Shown piece after piece: positions 1-9,632 of a DNA stretch of 64,000 bases. Within the stretch, counting starts at the first letter, position 1. The number at the start of each line of letters is the position of its first letter. A program made the position numbers and the translations under genes. Below the pieces are notes generated by a model. The model saw only the letters and a list, made by a program, of their open reading frames with translations. It was not told the DNA's origin and ran no database searches. Location of the stretch: contig VRMN01000008.1 in NCBI GenBank assembly GCA_008690995.1, positions 558,001 through 622,000 of the forward strand, read 5' to 3'. Source of the stretch: Porphyridium purpureum (taxonomy: Eukaryota).

Positions 1-299
1 CAGGTGCGACGCCTTGATGAGCGATTACGTGGGTCGACAGCATCATTTGAGCAAGCTCGTGCCTCTGCGTTTCACGCCGTGGCTTACGACATGCAGTGTA
101 ATCGAAAATCAGATGGGCCTTGTTTCCGCATGCACCACATGTGCATGGTCTTCAAAGAAAAGTCTGCTGCCGATTTCTCGAACCTTGTCACAAGAAAAGG
201 TTGCGAGCTGCGTGTGACGGAAAGACACTTTGCCATTGTGGGTAGGCTTTGCGGCGACTCAGAGCGGAAAGCTGAGAGTCCAGCCAAGTCACAGGGGCC

Positions 300-1715
300 A
301 TGGAGCGCGCATTGGAGATGGTGGATGAACTCGCGGCCGACTTCGTGCACTTGTTGCGCGACGGCGTGCGCATTCCATCGGTTTCGAATGAGATCGAGAG
401 ACACGACGACGTGTGCGCGATGGGCGCGTTTGTGGCGCAGCTCGCACGCGACAGGGGTGCAGACTCGGTGTTGGTTGTGGATGATCTAGGCAAGCTGGAG
501 AACGGGAACCCGATCCCGCCCGTCGTGCTGGCGCAGTGGGGTTCCGATCCGGCAAAACACACATTGTGCGTGTACGGGCATTATGACGTGATGCCGGCAG
601 CGGTTGAGGATGGCTGGGAGCATCAAGCAGATCCATTTGAACTAGTCGAGAAGGATATGGATGGCATAGGTACGGTTTTGTTTGGACGCGGCAGCACTGA
701 CGACAAGGGTCCGTTACTTGGGTGGTTCTGCGCGTTGCAGGCGATGCAGGCAGCCGGCATGGCCCTCCCCGTCAATTTGAAGCTCGTGGCAGAGGGACGC
801 GAGGAAGCTGGAAGCGAAGGCATGGACAAGCTCGTATCGACCCATCCGTTTTTCAAGGAAAATGTGGATATGTTCTGCATTTCTGACAACTATTGGTTGG
901 GTGGCTTTCCTTGCATCACGTACGGCCTTCGTGGCTTCTGTGGAATGAATGTGACCGTGACGGGACCTGAACGCAACTTGCACAGTGGCATTTTTGGCGG
1001 CCTTGTTGTAGATCCGTACCTGCAAGTCATCCAGCTCCTGCAGTCACTCACGGATGCGCAAGGCGACATTGTGATTCCATCAGTGCTTGAGGATGTGCAA
1101 GAGGTAACGGACGAGGAGCGCGAGCTCTACGAGGCGATCCATTTTGACCCAGAAAGCTGGAGGCGCGAGTCGGGTCTTCCTCATATCAAGGGCGACTCCA
1201 AAGTGGACGTCCTGATGCGCAGATGGCGGTTTCCTTCGCTCACGATCCACGGCATTGAGGCGAGCTCGCCCATGAACGCGACCATCATTGCAAGCTCGGT
1301 CTCTGCGCGCTTTTCAGTGCGCCTTGTACCAGACATGGACCCTGCGGTAACATTTGAAAAGATCAAGGCGCATCTCGAGCAGCATTTCGCGTCGTTACCA
1401 GGCAAAAACAGGCTAGATGTCAGCATGACCTACGGCGCGCGGGCATTTGTGTCGGACTGGCACCACTACAACTTTGCCAGCGCTCACGCGGCCGTCAAGG
1501 ACGTGTACCACGTGGAGCCTGAAATGACGCGTGAAGGAGGCAGCATCCCAGTGAGCCTGGTCTTTCAGAACACGGGCCGGAATGTGTGCCTGCTTCCCAT
1601 TGGTGACTTTGACGGCAATGCTCACGGACCCAACGAAAATATTTCCAAGAAGAATTTTCTGCAGGGCATCAAGCTCTTTGTCGCGTACATGCATCATCTA
1701 GGCAAGGCGCAATGA
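300..1715 (+). CDS. M20 family cytosolic non-specific dipeptidase (CNDP2/Dug1-like)
   Basis: 471-aa ORF with the motifs YGHYDVMPA, FGRGSTDDKGP, EGREEAGS, DNYW, LHSG.FGG, RWRFPSLTIHG, REGGSIPV and AHGPNE. Confidence 0.92.
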   Translation: MERALEMVDELAADFVHLLRDGVRIPSVSNEIERHDDVCAMGAFVAQLARDRGADSVLVVDDLGKLENGNPIPPVVLAQWGSDPAKHTLCVYGHYDVMPAAVEDGWEHQADPFELVEKDMDGIGTVLFGRGSTDDKGPLLGWFCALQAMQAAGMALPVNLKLVAEGREEAGSEGMDKLVSTHPFFKENVDMFCISDNYWLGGFPCITYGLRGFCGMNVTVTGPERNLHSGIFGGLVVDPYLQVIQLLQSLTDAQGDIVIPSVLEDVQEVTDEERELYEAIHFDPESWRRESGLPHIKGDSKVDVLMRRWRFPSLTIHGIEASSPMNATIIASSVSARFSVRLVPDMDPAVTFEKIKAHLEQHFASLPGKNRLDVSMTYGARAFVSDWHHYNFASAHAAVKDVYHVEPEMTREGGSIPVSLVFQNTGRNVCLLPIGDFDGNAHGPNENISKKNFLQGIKLFVAYMHHLGKAQ

Positions 1716-1814
1716 CCAAAGCAGGGCCGTGCTGTCGCCCAGTCTCCCTGGTGGCGCGCTTCGTGGCCTCAGTGCGGACTATGCGCTGCCCGTTTTGGAA
1801 ATATTTTGCAACGC

Positions 1815-3953
1815 TCACTCGAGAGTCTCGAGTGTCGCCGAATTATCACTAGACGAATAAAGCAGATATGTTCCGTCCCGAGCAAACGAACCCGGCTCCA
1901 TGATTACAGATGACTGGTACTCCCACACACGCGACTGCGACGTGGTGTGCTTGCTCCAATGCCGACCCGGGCAGGATGCCACAATGAGACCATCCGGTTG
2001 AGGAAGCAACCACATAGCATGGTCCATCTGCCACGAAATTGGCTGGATCCGCAGTGGCAATGGGCACAAGTGTGATTGATGTAGCATCGACTGAATGCGC
2101 TTGGCGTTAAAGTCACGCGGTGCTTCGTCCGATGACAATTGAAGCCCAGGCGCCCGCCCTGCCTGACTTGGGCCATTGGTCTGCTGCGTCAGTTGGCTCA
2201 GAAACGGATTGGGTTGGCAGGGCATAGCCGCTGCGGTGGCATTTTTCTCCGCCGTGAGAGCATCGATGTCGATGCATGCATCTGTGGGGAAAATGCGTCC
2301 CAAGTAGGATGCGTGGGCGACATCATCCTCGTAGAGCACCACGCGACGCTCACCCAGCAATATCCGCGACGGGTTGGTTGTACACGAAAGGTCTGGGACG
2401 GTCTTTCGAAGACCGGCAACCATATATTCTGGGACAGGACACAACGGCATAATGCCAGACACACCCATATCGTTGCTTCCCGGCACAAGCACCAGACTCG
2501 TGCTCCGGGCGATCAAGGGGAAACGAGCGAACACCATCGTACCCAGTTTGCTGAACAGCATCTCCAGCATTTCAGCGTCATCCATGTTTCGGCCTAGTGG
2601 GAAGGAAAGAAAACTGCCCATGAGCACAATCACCGCGGGAACAACATTTGCCGCCGTAAGATTCTGCAGGAGCTTCTTCAGCTTGGAAAAGGTCTCCGGA
2701 GTGTCTAGGTGGCAGCCTCCAAGCACAAGCATGACCTGCGGGGATACATCCGGCTGCGCCGCTGCGCCACGATTGGTAACTTGGCCTATGCCTCCGAAGA
2801 GGTTCAGACCTTTCAAGCCCTCCATTGTTAGTTGGGGGTCCTCAAGAGGTGGCTGACAGATGGCGCGTACGTGAAACGCTTCGGAGACTTCCTTCATGCA
2901 TCCCTCCACGAGAACAAAGCTGCTTTCCGTGATCAGCGAACCGTCGGTCTGCGCCAAGTCCAAGTTGATGCTCACTGAGCCTGAATCATCCTCGAGCGCA
3001 TAGCTGTGTTCATCTCGCAAGGAGAGCATTCCAAACAAATATTTTGTGCCATTATCGCCGCATATGAGCCCCTGTATCTTTGTGAGTGCCAACTTGTCTG
3101 TACGGTGGGCGTGCCACACACGGCTGATCGATGTCTCGATGCGAGCAAACACAGGATGCCGCTGCACGCGCCCGAGAAGCAAATAGTACCTGGCTAGCCA
3201 CATACGCGTTTTCGCCTGGGCACGCTGGGCATGCAGCAGCGCTGCTTTCTCATGATGCGTGGAGACGACCGCGTCAATCCTCCCCGTGCGGTCTGAGCTG
3301 AACACTGCGATGGGCATGTCCTGAGAATCGACCACCTGCACCAAGTGCTTGCCTTTCCTTCGGTGCTTGTCCAGTGACCTTGCCTCTAAAACGAGCTCCT
3401 TGGTGATCCCATTTGTCTTGGCCACTCGAGCCTTGCCTATCTGCTGCATCGCATTTCCGATAGCTGTCGATTTCACTGCTTTCTCCTGTTGTTTGGACGC
3501 CTCCTTTCCTCTGCCACGACCATCAGTAGGGGCGATATGACCTACACCATCGGCTCCTTTCCTTCCCGCTCCGCTCGCATCTGCAGTCGGGAGATTGACT
3601 TTACCAGAGAACACATTTGCGCCCGACACAACATTTGCGTGCTCGGTGCCTAGCCACTGCACCAGCGCGCGCTTGGCCGTGGCGGACGTGAGCACGCCGC
3701 GAGACCCGACGCCAGTACCACCAGCCATCTGTTCCTTTGCCGCCTGCGCCAGCACCACCGCCACAAAGTCCTTGAGCTGCTTTCCTCCCAGCACGTCCTC
3801 GCTACCGCTTTCTCCTGGCGCTCGCCGATTCACCTGCGCGTACATCCAAGCCTCACTCATCAACTCCACTGCATCGCTCTGCACCACAAACCCGCGCATC
3901 TTGCAGCTGCGCAGCAACGCGCGCCGCAGCTGCGCCGCTTCACCAGACACCAT
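1815..3953 (-). CDS. DPB2: DNA polymerase epsilon subunit B
   Basis: 712 aa with LFGML...LEDDSGSV, ITESSFVLVEG, CHLD, VIVLMGSF, LVPGSND, TTNPSRI and QSHLCPLPL..QPISWQMDHAMWLLPQPD, typical of POLE2/Dpb2. Confidence 0.9.
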   Translation of the reverse strand: MVSGEAAQLRRALLRSCKMRGFVVQSDAVELMSEAWMYAQVNRRAPGESGSEDVLGGKQLKDFVAVVLAQAAKEQMAGGTGVGSRGVLTSATAKRALVQWLGTEHANVVSGANVFSGKVNLPTADASGAGRKGADGVGHIAPTDGRGRGKEASKQQEKAVKSTAIGNAMQQIGKARVAKTNGITKELVLEARSLDKHRRKGKHLVQVVDSQDMPIAVFSSDRTGRIDAVVSTHHEKAALLHAQRAQAKTRMWLARYYLLLGRVQRHPVFARIETSISRVWHAHRTDKLALTKIQGLICGDNGTKYLFGMLSLRDEHSYALEDDSGSVSINLDLAQTDGSLITESSFVLVEGCMKEVSEAFHVRAICQPPLEDPQLTMEGLKGLNLFGGIGQVTNRGAAAQPDVSPQVMLVLGGCHLDTPETFSKLKKLLQNLTAANVVPAVIVLMGSFLSFPLGRNMDDAEMLEMLFSKLGTMVFARFPLIARSTSLVLVPGSNDMGVSGIMPLCPVPEYMVAGLRKTVPDLSCTTNPSRILLGERRVVLYEDDVAHASYLGRIFPTDACIDIDALTAEKNATAAAMPCQPNPFLSQLTQQTNGPSQAGRAPGLQLSSDEAPRDFNAKRIQSMLHQSHLCPLPLRIQPISWQMDHAMWLLPQPDGLIVASCPGRHWSKHTTSQSRVWEYQSSVIMEPGSFARDGTYLLYSSSDNSATLETLE

Positions 3954-4107
3954 CGTTCCACACTCGGTCTTTGTCCTCTATCCTCTGCCCTCTGTCCTCT
4001 GCCCTCTGCCGTCTGCCTCGCTTGGTCCTCATCCCTCACACCTTTTCACTCGTGCCACAATGTCCTAGTAAAACTGCCCCATTTACTAAAAACACTCGCC
4101 ATTCCTT

Positions 4108-4134
4108 TTTGGCGCGAAATCGTGTCGCGCGAAA
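4108..4134. promoter_or_regulatory. E2F-type sites in the divergent DPB2/NSE3 promoter
   Basis: TTTGGCGC (4108-4115) overlapping GCGCGAAA (4112-4119), plus GCGCGAAA (4127-4134); these match the TTTSSCGC E2F consensus. Confidence 0.6.
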
Positions 4135-4326
4135 ATCGAAACCACAGAAAACACGCGCATCACTGTACACTACTAAAATAGGCTTGTTTTAACATAAAGG
4201 TGTACAGTGAAATCGTGTGGAAACGAGAGGCAAGACAGACAGAGCGATGACGGACGGACAAATGAGTGCGGCGTTTGGCTGGGAGGGCGAGAGAGAGAAG
4301 GGGAGGAGGGCAAGAGCGGGGATAGC

Positions 4327-5139
4327 ATGGAAGGTGAGGATGCAGCGGCTCGGAACTGGAGCTCGGTGTCTGTGGATAAGCAGAATGCCACGATTCGAGC
4401 GGTGTGTCGGTTGTTGATAGCAGAACATGAAAAGCACGGCGTGACGCGGAAGGAGGACGTGGTGAGACTCGTCGGTGAGACCATGCAGAAGGGTCGCGTG
4501 ATGCCGGAAGTGATGCGGCGGGTGCGCAAGCGCATGCATAGTGCGCTGGGGTTTGATGTCGTGGAGATAGCGATCAAGGCGCGCCCGCGCGCCGCAGGTG
4601 CGCATTCGCAGGCCGCTGCCGCGGGAACGGCGCAGCTGACGCAGACGCAGATTCTGTCGCAGGCAAACGAGTCTTTTGAGAATCAGCTAGGCAACAATCC
4701 GCGCACCGTGTTCGTGCTTACATCTTTGCTTCCCGAGAACGCGCGTGCGTGTGTATATAGCGGGTTTGATCTCGCCAAGCTCGGTCTGATCGGCGTTCTT
4801 GCGTGGACACTGATCATGCAGCCCACCGCATCCTTGTCAGCGACCGCGCTCTGGGCGCATCTCGATAAATTGGGCATCAAGCAGAAGCAAAAGCACCCGC
4901 AGCTCGGATACTCGCCCGAGTATATCATCGATCAGAGGCTTGTGTCGGCCATGTACTTGGAGCGATGGAAGGAAAATGACAAGGTTTGGTATGGGCTCGG
5001 CCCGCGAATACACGCCGAGTTTTCCACCGAGCGCATCATCAAGCTTATCGAGCGCATCATGGGCTCCAAAGTGGATGATTCGTTCAAGAACGATTTAAGA
5101 ATCAGGTTTTCCGCGGTCGAATCGCCGGAGGATGGATGA
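4327..5139 (+). CDS. NSE3: MAGE-domain protein, probable SMC5/6 subunit Nse3
   Basis: Winged-helix MAGE pattern: AVCRLLIA..VTRKED, LGFDVVE, KLGLIGVL, LWAHLDKLG, HPQLG, YLER, YGLGPR. Start placed at the first in-frame ATG. Confidence 0.75.
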   Translation: MEGEDAAARNWSSVSVDKQNATIRAVCRLLIAEHEKHGVTRKEDVVRLVGETMQKGRVMPEVMRRVRKRMHSALGFDVVEIAIKARPRAAGAHSQAAAAGTAQLTQTQILSQANESFENQLGNNPRTVFVLTSLLPENARACVYSGFDLAKLGLIGVLAWTLIMQPTASLSATALWAHLDKLGIKQKQKHPQLGYSPEYIIDQRLVSAMYLERWKENDKVWYGLGPRIHAEFSTERIIKLIERIMGSKVDDSFKNDLRIRFSAVESPEDG

Positions 5140-5840
5140 GCTGCGTATCGAATCGTTGATGCGAGGTGGGATCGGCTTCCCCGATGCGCTTCATTCTGAG
5201 TTGGATGCTCGATGCAGAGCGCTCCATAGTTAGCAACAAGCGTAACCGCAGAGAGCAAAGGTGGCAACATTTTTGTCGTTTTCCTTTCTGCGCGCGCGCA
5301 TTGGGCATGCGAGCTGAAGCGTCGAAGAATCTATTTTCGTATGCTCGTGGTGCGCAATCTGGTTCGTCCGGTCCAGCCAAAGTTCGACGCGCGGGAATAC
5401 GAGGCCTTCAAAATCAGCAACTTCTCAAATGAGTGTGAGTCTTTGACGTCCGATTGGGGACCAAGCCAAGTTTGAATGCAAAGAATTTTAAATGCCGCCT
5501 TGTGCTGCATGCTTGAAGGAGGCAACACAACACGACCCAGGAGAAAAATAAATATGATTAACTAGGAGCCTATTGGCTAGAAACATCGGCAAGGGAGAGA
5601 TGCGCCGTGCGAGCTTGTGTGCGGGCCGGCGTCCACGTTCGTAAACGCTCTTTGTGATCGCAGCTCTGTCCAGATGCTTCTCACGAGCGCACAGGCTCGA
5701 GCCGTGCTACTTTCATTGCCTCAAGTCCAAGTCCGAAGAACCATTCGTCAAGCACGAAAAAGAGGAAAAGGCGACAAGGCCTGCGCAAGCTCATCTGGTG
5801 CCTGAGCGTGCCCAGTCGTCACTGCCTCGCAGTAAGCCGC

Positions 5841-6914
5841 TCATGATAACCATTCGTGCCCCTTGCGAACAGATTCACGCAGCCCATCTTCAAATGGCGG
5901 GTAGATCACTCCGTTTTCTGTGACGATGGCCGTGATGAAGCTGGCTGGCGTCATGTCAAACGCAGGATTGAACACGCGCACGCCTTCTGGAGCCACGCTC
6001 GACTCGCCGCTTGGCCGCACAATCTCGTCAGCATCTCGTTCCTCAATTGGGATCTGCTCACCCGTTAGCACTTCCAGATCGACGGTAGACGACGGCGCGC
6101 AGACATAGAATGGCACATTGTGCGCGCGAGCCACTACTGCTGCACTGTACGTGCCAATCTTGTTCGCCGTGTCACCGTTGGCGGCAATGCGGTCGGCGCC
6201 TACAAGAACAGCGTCAATTTTGCCCTGTCGCATCAGCATCGCGGCCATATTGTCGCAGATCAACGTCATTGGAATCTGGCACGCCATGAGTTCCCACGCC
6301 GTGAGGCGCGCGCCCTGGAGTCGAGGGCGCGTCTCATCCACATAAACGTGGATACTTTTCTTCCGTACCTCGTGCGCGCTTCGGATGACGCCCAGCGCCG
6401 TGCCCCACCCCACCGTGGCCAGTGCACCGGTGTTGCAGTGATGCAGCACGTTGCAGGACTCGGGCAACAAGGCTGAGCCAAACGCCCCGATCGCCTGATT
6501 AATCTTGATATCTCGGTGCGCGATCACATGCGCCTCGTCCATCAGCTTCGCAGCGATCTTCTCGGGCGCGACATTGTCGTCGAGCGCGGCGCGCACAACC
6601 GCGGCGAGCCGATTCAACGCCCACGCCAAATTGACCGCGGTTGGGCGAGACGCGAACAGCTCCTCATACGCGCGCTGCATCTCACCTTGAAACTTCCCTG
6701 CGTCACCACGCACGGCCCTATCTGCTGCCAACGCATACGCATACGCCGCGGCGGCGCCAATCGCCGGCGCGCCGCGCACCACCATCAGCTTGATTGCGCG
6801 CGGAACCTCGTCGGGCTCGAACTCGACGTACTCCACACATTGCGGCAGCACACGCTGATCCAGCAGCCGCAGCCGCTTACCATCCGCGCTCAGCGCCACA
6901 CTCGCATACTCCAT
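5841..6914 (-). CDS. MRI1: Methylthioribose-1-phosphate isomerase (MtnA/Mri1)
   Basis: LLDQRVLP, VRGAPAIG, SRPTAVNL, HCNTGALAT.GWGTALG, ETRPRLQGARLTAWEL, GDTANKIGTY, NPAFD; start at ATG 6914. Confidence 0.95.
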   Translation of the reverse strand: MEYASVALSADGKRLRLLDQRVLPQCVEYVEFEPDEVPRAIKLMVVRGAPAIGAAAAYAYALAADRAVRGDAGKFQGEMQRAYEELFASRPTAVNLAWALNRLAAVVRAALDDNVAPEKIAAKLMDEAHVIAHRDIKINQAIGAFGSALLPESCNVLHHCNTGALATVGWGTALGVIRSAHEVRKKSIHVYVDETRPRLQGARLTAWELMACQIPMTLICDNMAAMLMRQGKIDAVLVGADRIAANGDTANKIGTYSAAVVARAHNVPFYVCAPSSTVDLEVLTGEQIPIEERDADEIVRPSGESSVAPEGVRVFNPAFDMTPASFITAIVTENGVIYPPFEDGLRESVRKGHEWLS

Positions 6915-7149
6915 CCCTCCCCAACCAATCCCCTTGCGCTCCTCCTCTCTCCCCATCGTAATCAATCCACTCTTCCCGCAAACTTACTCCATCTCAACCC
7001 TAGAGAACATGTAGTTCTACTCTAACCTTTCCTATGACAAGGCTATTTCGGATTTGCGATCTGAATCTTTTCTTTGGGTGGCGGTCGCGCGCGAGGGAGC
7101 CGCTCGACCGAGAACTTCTAAGAAAGCGTCTAGCTCAAAGTACAAGTGT

Positions 7150-7700
7150 CGTTAATCGTTGAACGCCCCACCAGGAGCAACACTGGTTGCGCCCGAGGCT
7201 TATCGGTTTTTACAACCGGTTGAGTTTTCCGGGCGCGCCGGCGCTCCTGAAGCTCAGTGGTGTACCGCAACCGTGTACCGCCGAGAGCACCAGTCTTATG
7301 AGCTGGGAGTCGTGGGTTCAAACATGGGCGGCGCTTATGCTTGGCGAGGCGGAGCAAGGCTCCGCGCAAAGATCTTTTGGAACGAAAACTTTTTGAGCGT
7401 GGCGCTGGCGTCGGCGGTGGAAGCTGGTACTCGCGAAGTAATCGTGTAATGTAACAACGCAGCATTCCTGACATCGCTGCAATCAACAAGCCTACTCAGC
7501 AGAGCAGCGGGGGGAAAAATCAAACAAACTGATCGACAGCGATTGCGTGACGGCGTGCCTGAAAACAATGCGCGTCAGTACAGGACCATATCCTCTTTCA
7601 AATCTTATGGCGGTAAGAGACGCCAAAGAGAAGGGGACTACCATTTACTATTCCTCGAAGTGCTCTGGGACGACGCGCACGCGAGCATCGTCGCACAAGG
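7150..7700 (+). pseudogene. Possible highly decayed Copia RT/RNase H fragment
   Basis: Weak motifs split across frames: RPRLIGFYNRLS (like TRPD.AF.VN.LS), AWRGGARLR...LSVALASAVEAG, and LIDSDCVTACL...LMAVRDAKEKG; no intact ORF. Confidence 0.3.
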
Positions 7701-7827
7701 ACTTCTCCATCGACAAGATTGCGCGGCACACGAGTTGAACGGAGGGCACACGCTTACGCCACTGAGCTGCACTTACGCTATCAGACTGGCCGCTGGCGTA
7801 CGGACTTATCTGGCATGACGCAGCCAT

Positions 7828-8829
7828 TTAGTAGCGGTTGGTGGTGGGGCGGACGGAGCTGGCGGCGGCCGGGAAACGAGAGGTCAGTTTCTCCTCATAG
7901 TTGCAGCCATTGTTGTGCCAGTCGTTCGCGACCCTGCGCGCATTGAAGCGCGCCGCCGCCTTGGCGCCTGCCGACATCTGGCGTGCGCGGAAGTTGGCCG
8001 ACTCCTTGGCGACTCGGGCGTTCTCGGCCATTCCCTTGACCGTGCCGTCCGCGCACGAGGTCGTGTAGACGCCGTACGGAATCGAGCGCTTCTTCATCTG
8101 CATCTGCACTGACTTCTGAATGTACTCCTCGGCCTTGTTTGCCGGCTGCGCATAGCGGTCGCACGAAAGCAACGTCTCCTGCTTGCCCATCACGTACGCG
8201 GCGGCGGTCTTGTTGTACTGCTGGAAGATCTTCTCCTCATAGTTGCAGATGTGGCCCACCGCCTTCATCGCGTACTTTCGGCCCTCGTAGTAGTCAAACG
8301 ACATCTCGCGCGCCGAGCGCTGAGCCTGACGGAACTGCTTTGCCAGCGACGCGGTGCGCGCGTTCTCGGCCATGCCCTTGGACGCGCCCTCGCTGCACTG
8401 CGTGGTGTACACGCCCGAGCCCGCGGCCGACGCCTTGGCCTGCATGGCGATGGATCGCGCCATGAAGTCGTCTGCCTTGCGGCCGTAGAAGCCGAGGCGG
8501 AGCCCGGACGGATCCTTGCTCCTCTTCAGCGTGCCGAGGAACTTGAACGCCGGCGACCTGAAGGTGTTGCCCAAGTTGAGCGCGCGCGTCTCGTTGGTCG
8601 GCGGGTTGGGCTGCACCTGCCTCTTCATGGGCTTGGTGTTGAGCAGCTTGTCCCACTTGCTCGTGGACGTGTTTGTCTGGTACTTCCTGTACGAGTTCTT
8701 ATCCTGAATGATAATGCGCATGCTCACCGCCGCCTTTGCCGCTCCGCCCACGCGCGTCTGCTCCTTCCTCGGTGCCGCGCATCCCATAAACCCAGACGAA
8801 ACCTGGGCGCCCACCACAAACGCCGCCAT
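7828..8829 (-). CDS. Phycoerythrin gamma-type chromophorylated phycobilisome rod linker (LR-gamma), plastid-targeted
   Basis: MAAFV...VSM transit peptide; two internal repeats GVYTTQCSEG...CNYEEK and GVYTTSCADG...CNYEEK with conserved Cys (probable bilin attachment sites); strong G/C3 codon bias. Confidence 0.85.
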   Translation of the reverse strand: MAAFVVGAQVSSGFMGCAAPRKEQTRVGGAAKAAVSMRIIIQDKNSYRKYQTNTSTSKWDKLLNTKPMKRQVQPNPPTNETRALNLGNTFRSPAFKFLGTLKRSKDPSGLRLGFYGRKADDFMARSIAMQAKASAAGSGVYTTQCSEGASKGMAENARTASLAKQFRQAQRSAREMSFDYYEGRKYAMKAVGHICNYEEKIFQQYNKTAAAYVMGKQETLLSCDRYAQPANKAEEYIQKSVQMQMKKRSIPYGVYTTSCADGTVKGMAENARVAKESANFRARQMSAGAKAAARFNARRVANDWHNNGCNYEEKLTSRFPAAASSVRPTTNRY

Positions 8830-9273
8830 CTTGACTTGCACGCCGAAACTCCAACCTCAACCTCGTCCTCCGCGCTCTACCTCTTCCGTCACACCGCCAG
8901 CCCCCTAGTCTGTATCCTTTCTCTCTGTCCGACCGCCCTTTCTGTGTCACCTCTGTGACTCGCTCTCACACAAGGCGCCGTCAGAATATCATCGTGCAAA
9001 CCCGGGCGACGAATCTGCTCGCGGCGCGCCTCCCGCCACGCCCGCGAGACGCGCGCACGCGAGATGATATCAAAACCACTCCATTTTACCACAACGCATC
9101 CGCAACACCATCCGTTCAACTATCCCGACTCGAACGCCAGCTGCCGGCTTCTCCTGTCCGGCTTTTCGACGTTCCTTCGGGGTTTCCGGCTTTTCTTCTA
9201 TCATCCACACCCGCGCATGCACGCACGAATCTCGGGGGTACTGTGACACCCAAAACCCCCAGCCAACACCAAC

Positions 9274-9587
9274 CTTGGAGAGGTGCTCCAAGGGATCGGC
9301 CGAGAAAGATCGATGCTACGCCCGAAAGGGGTGCGGGTGCGCACGGCGAAACGTGCAACACGTGGGCCACTAATATGGCGGACTCTTCGAGGCGCGCAGA
9401 CGATTCTGCGCCGGCTCCCTATCGCTCCGAATAAACGACGAACCTTTACCTCACCACGCTAAAGAGTCTCTTACCTTCGCTAGTTATCCGGCCGGGACCC
9501 GGCCGCTCCACAGAACGTACTTATGCCGCACCGCCGGCCAAGTGAACACGGGAGTCCGCGGTTCAGCGGGACCTCATCGTTCCCACG
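9274..9587 (-). repeat. 3' LTR of the Copia element
   Basis: Direct repeat of 14523-14836 (offset 5249); no mismatch found by eye. Confidence 0.95.
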
Positions 9588-9597
9588 CGCCTCCTCA
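9588..9597 (-). other. Polypurine tract of the Copia element
   Basis: Minus strand TGAGGAGGCG abuts the 3' LTR and resembles the Drosophila copia PPT TGAGGGGGCG. Confidence 0.8.
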
Positions 9598-9632
9598 CGC
9601 GCAAATCGCCGGACTCCAATCTGTCTCGAGGT

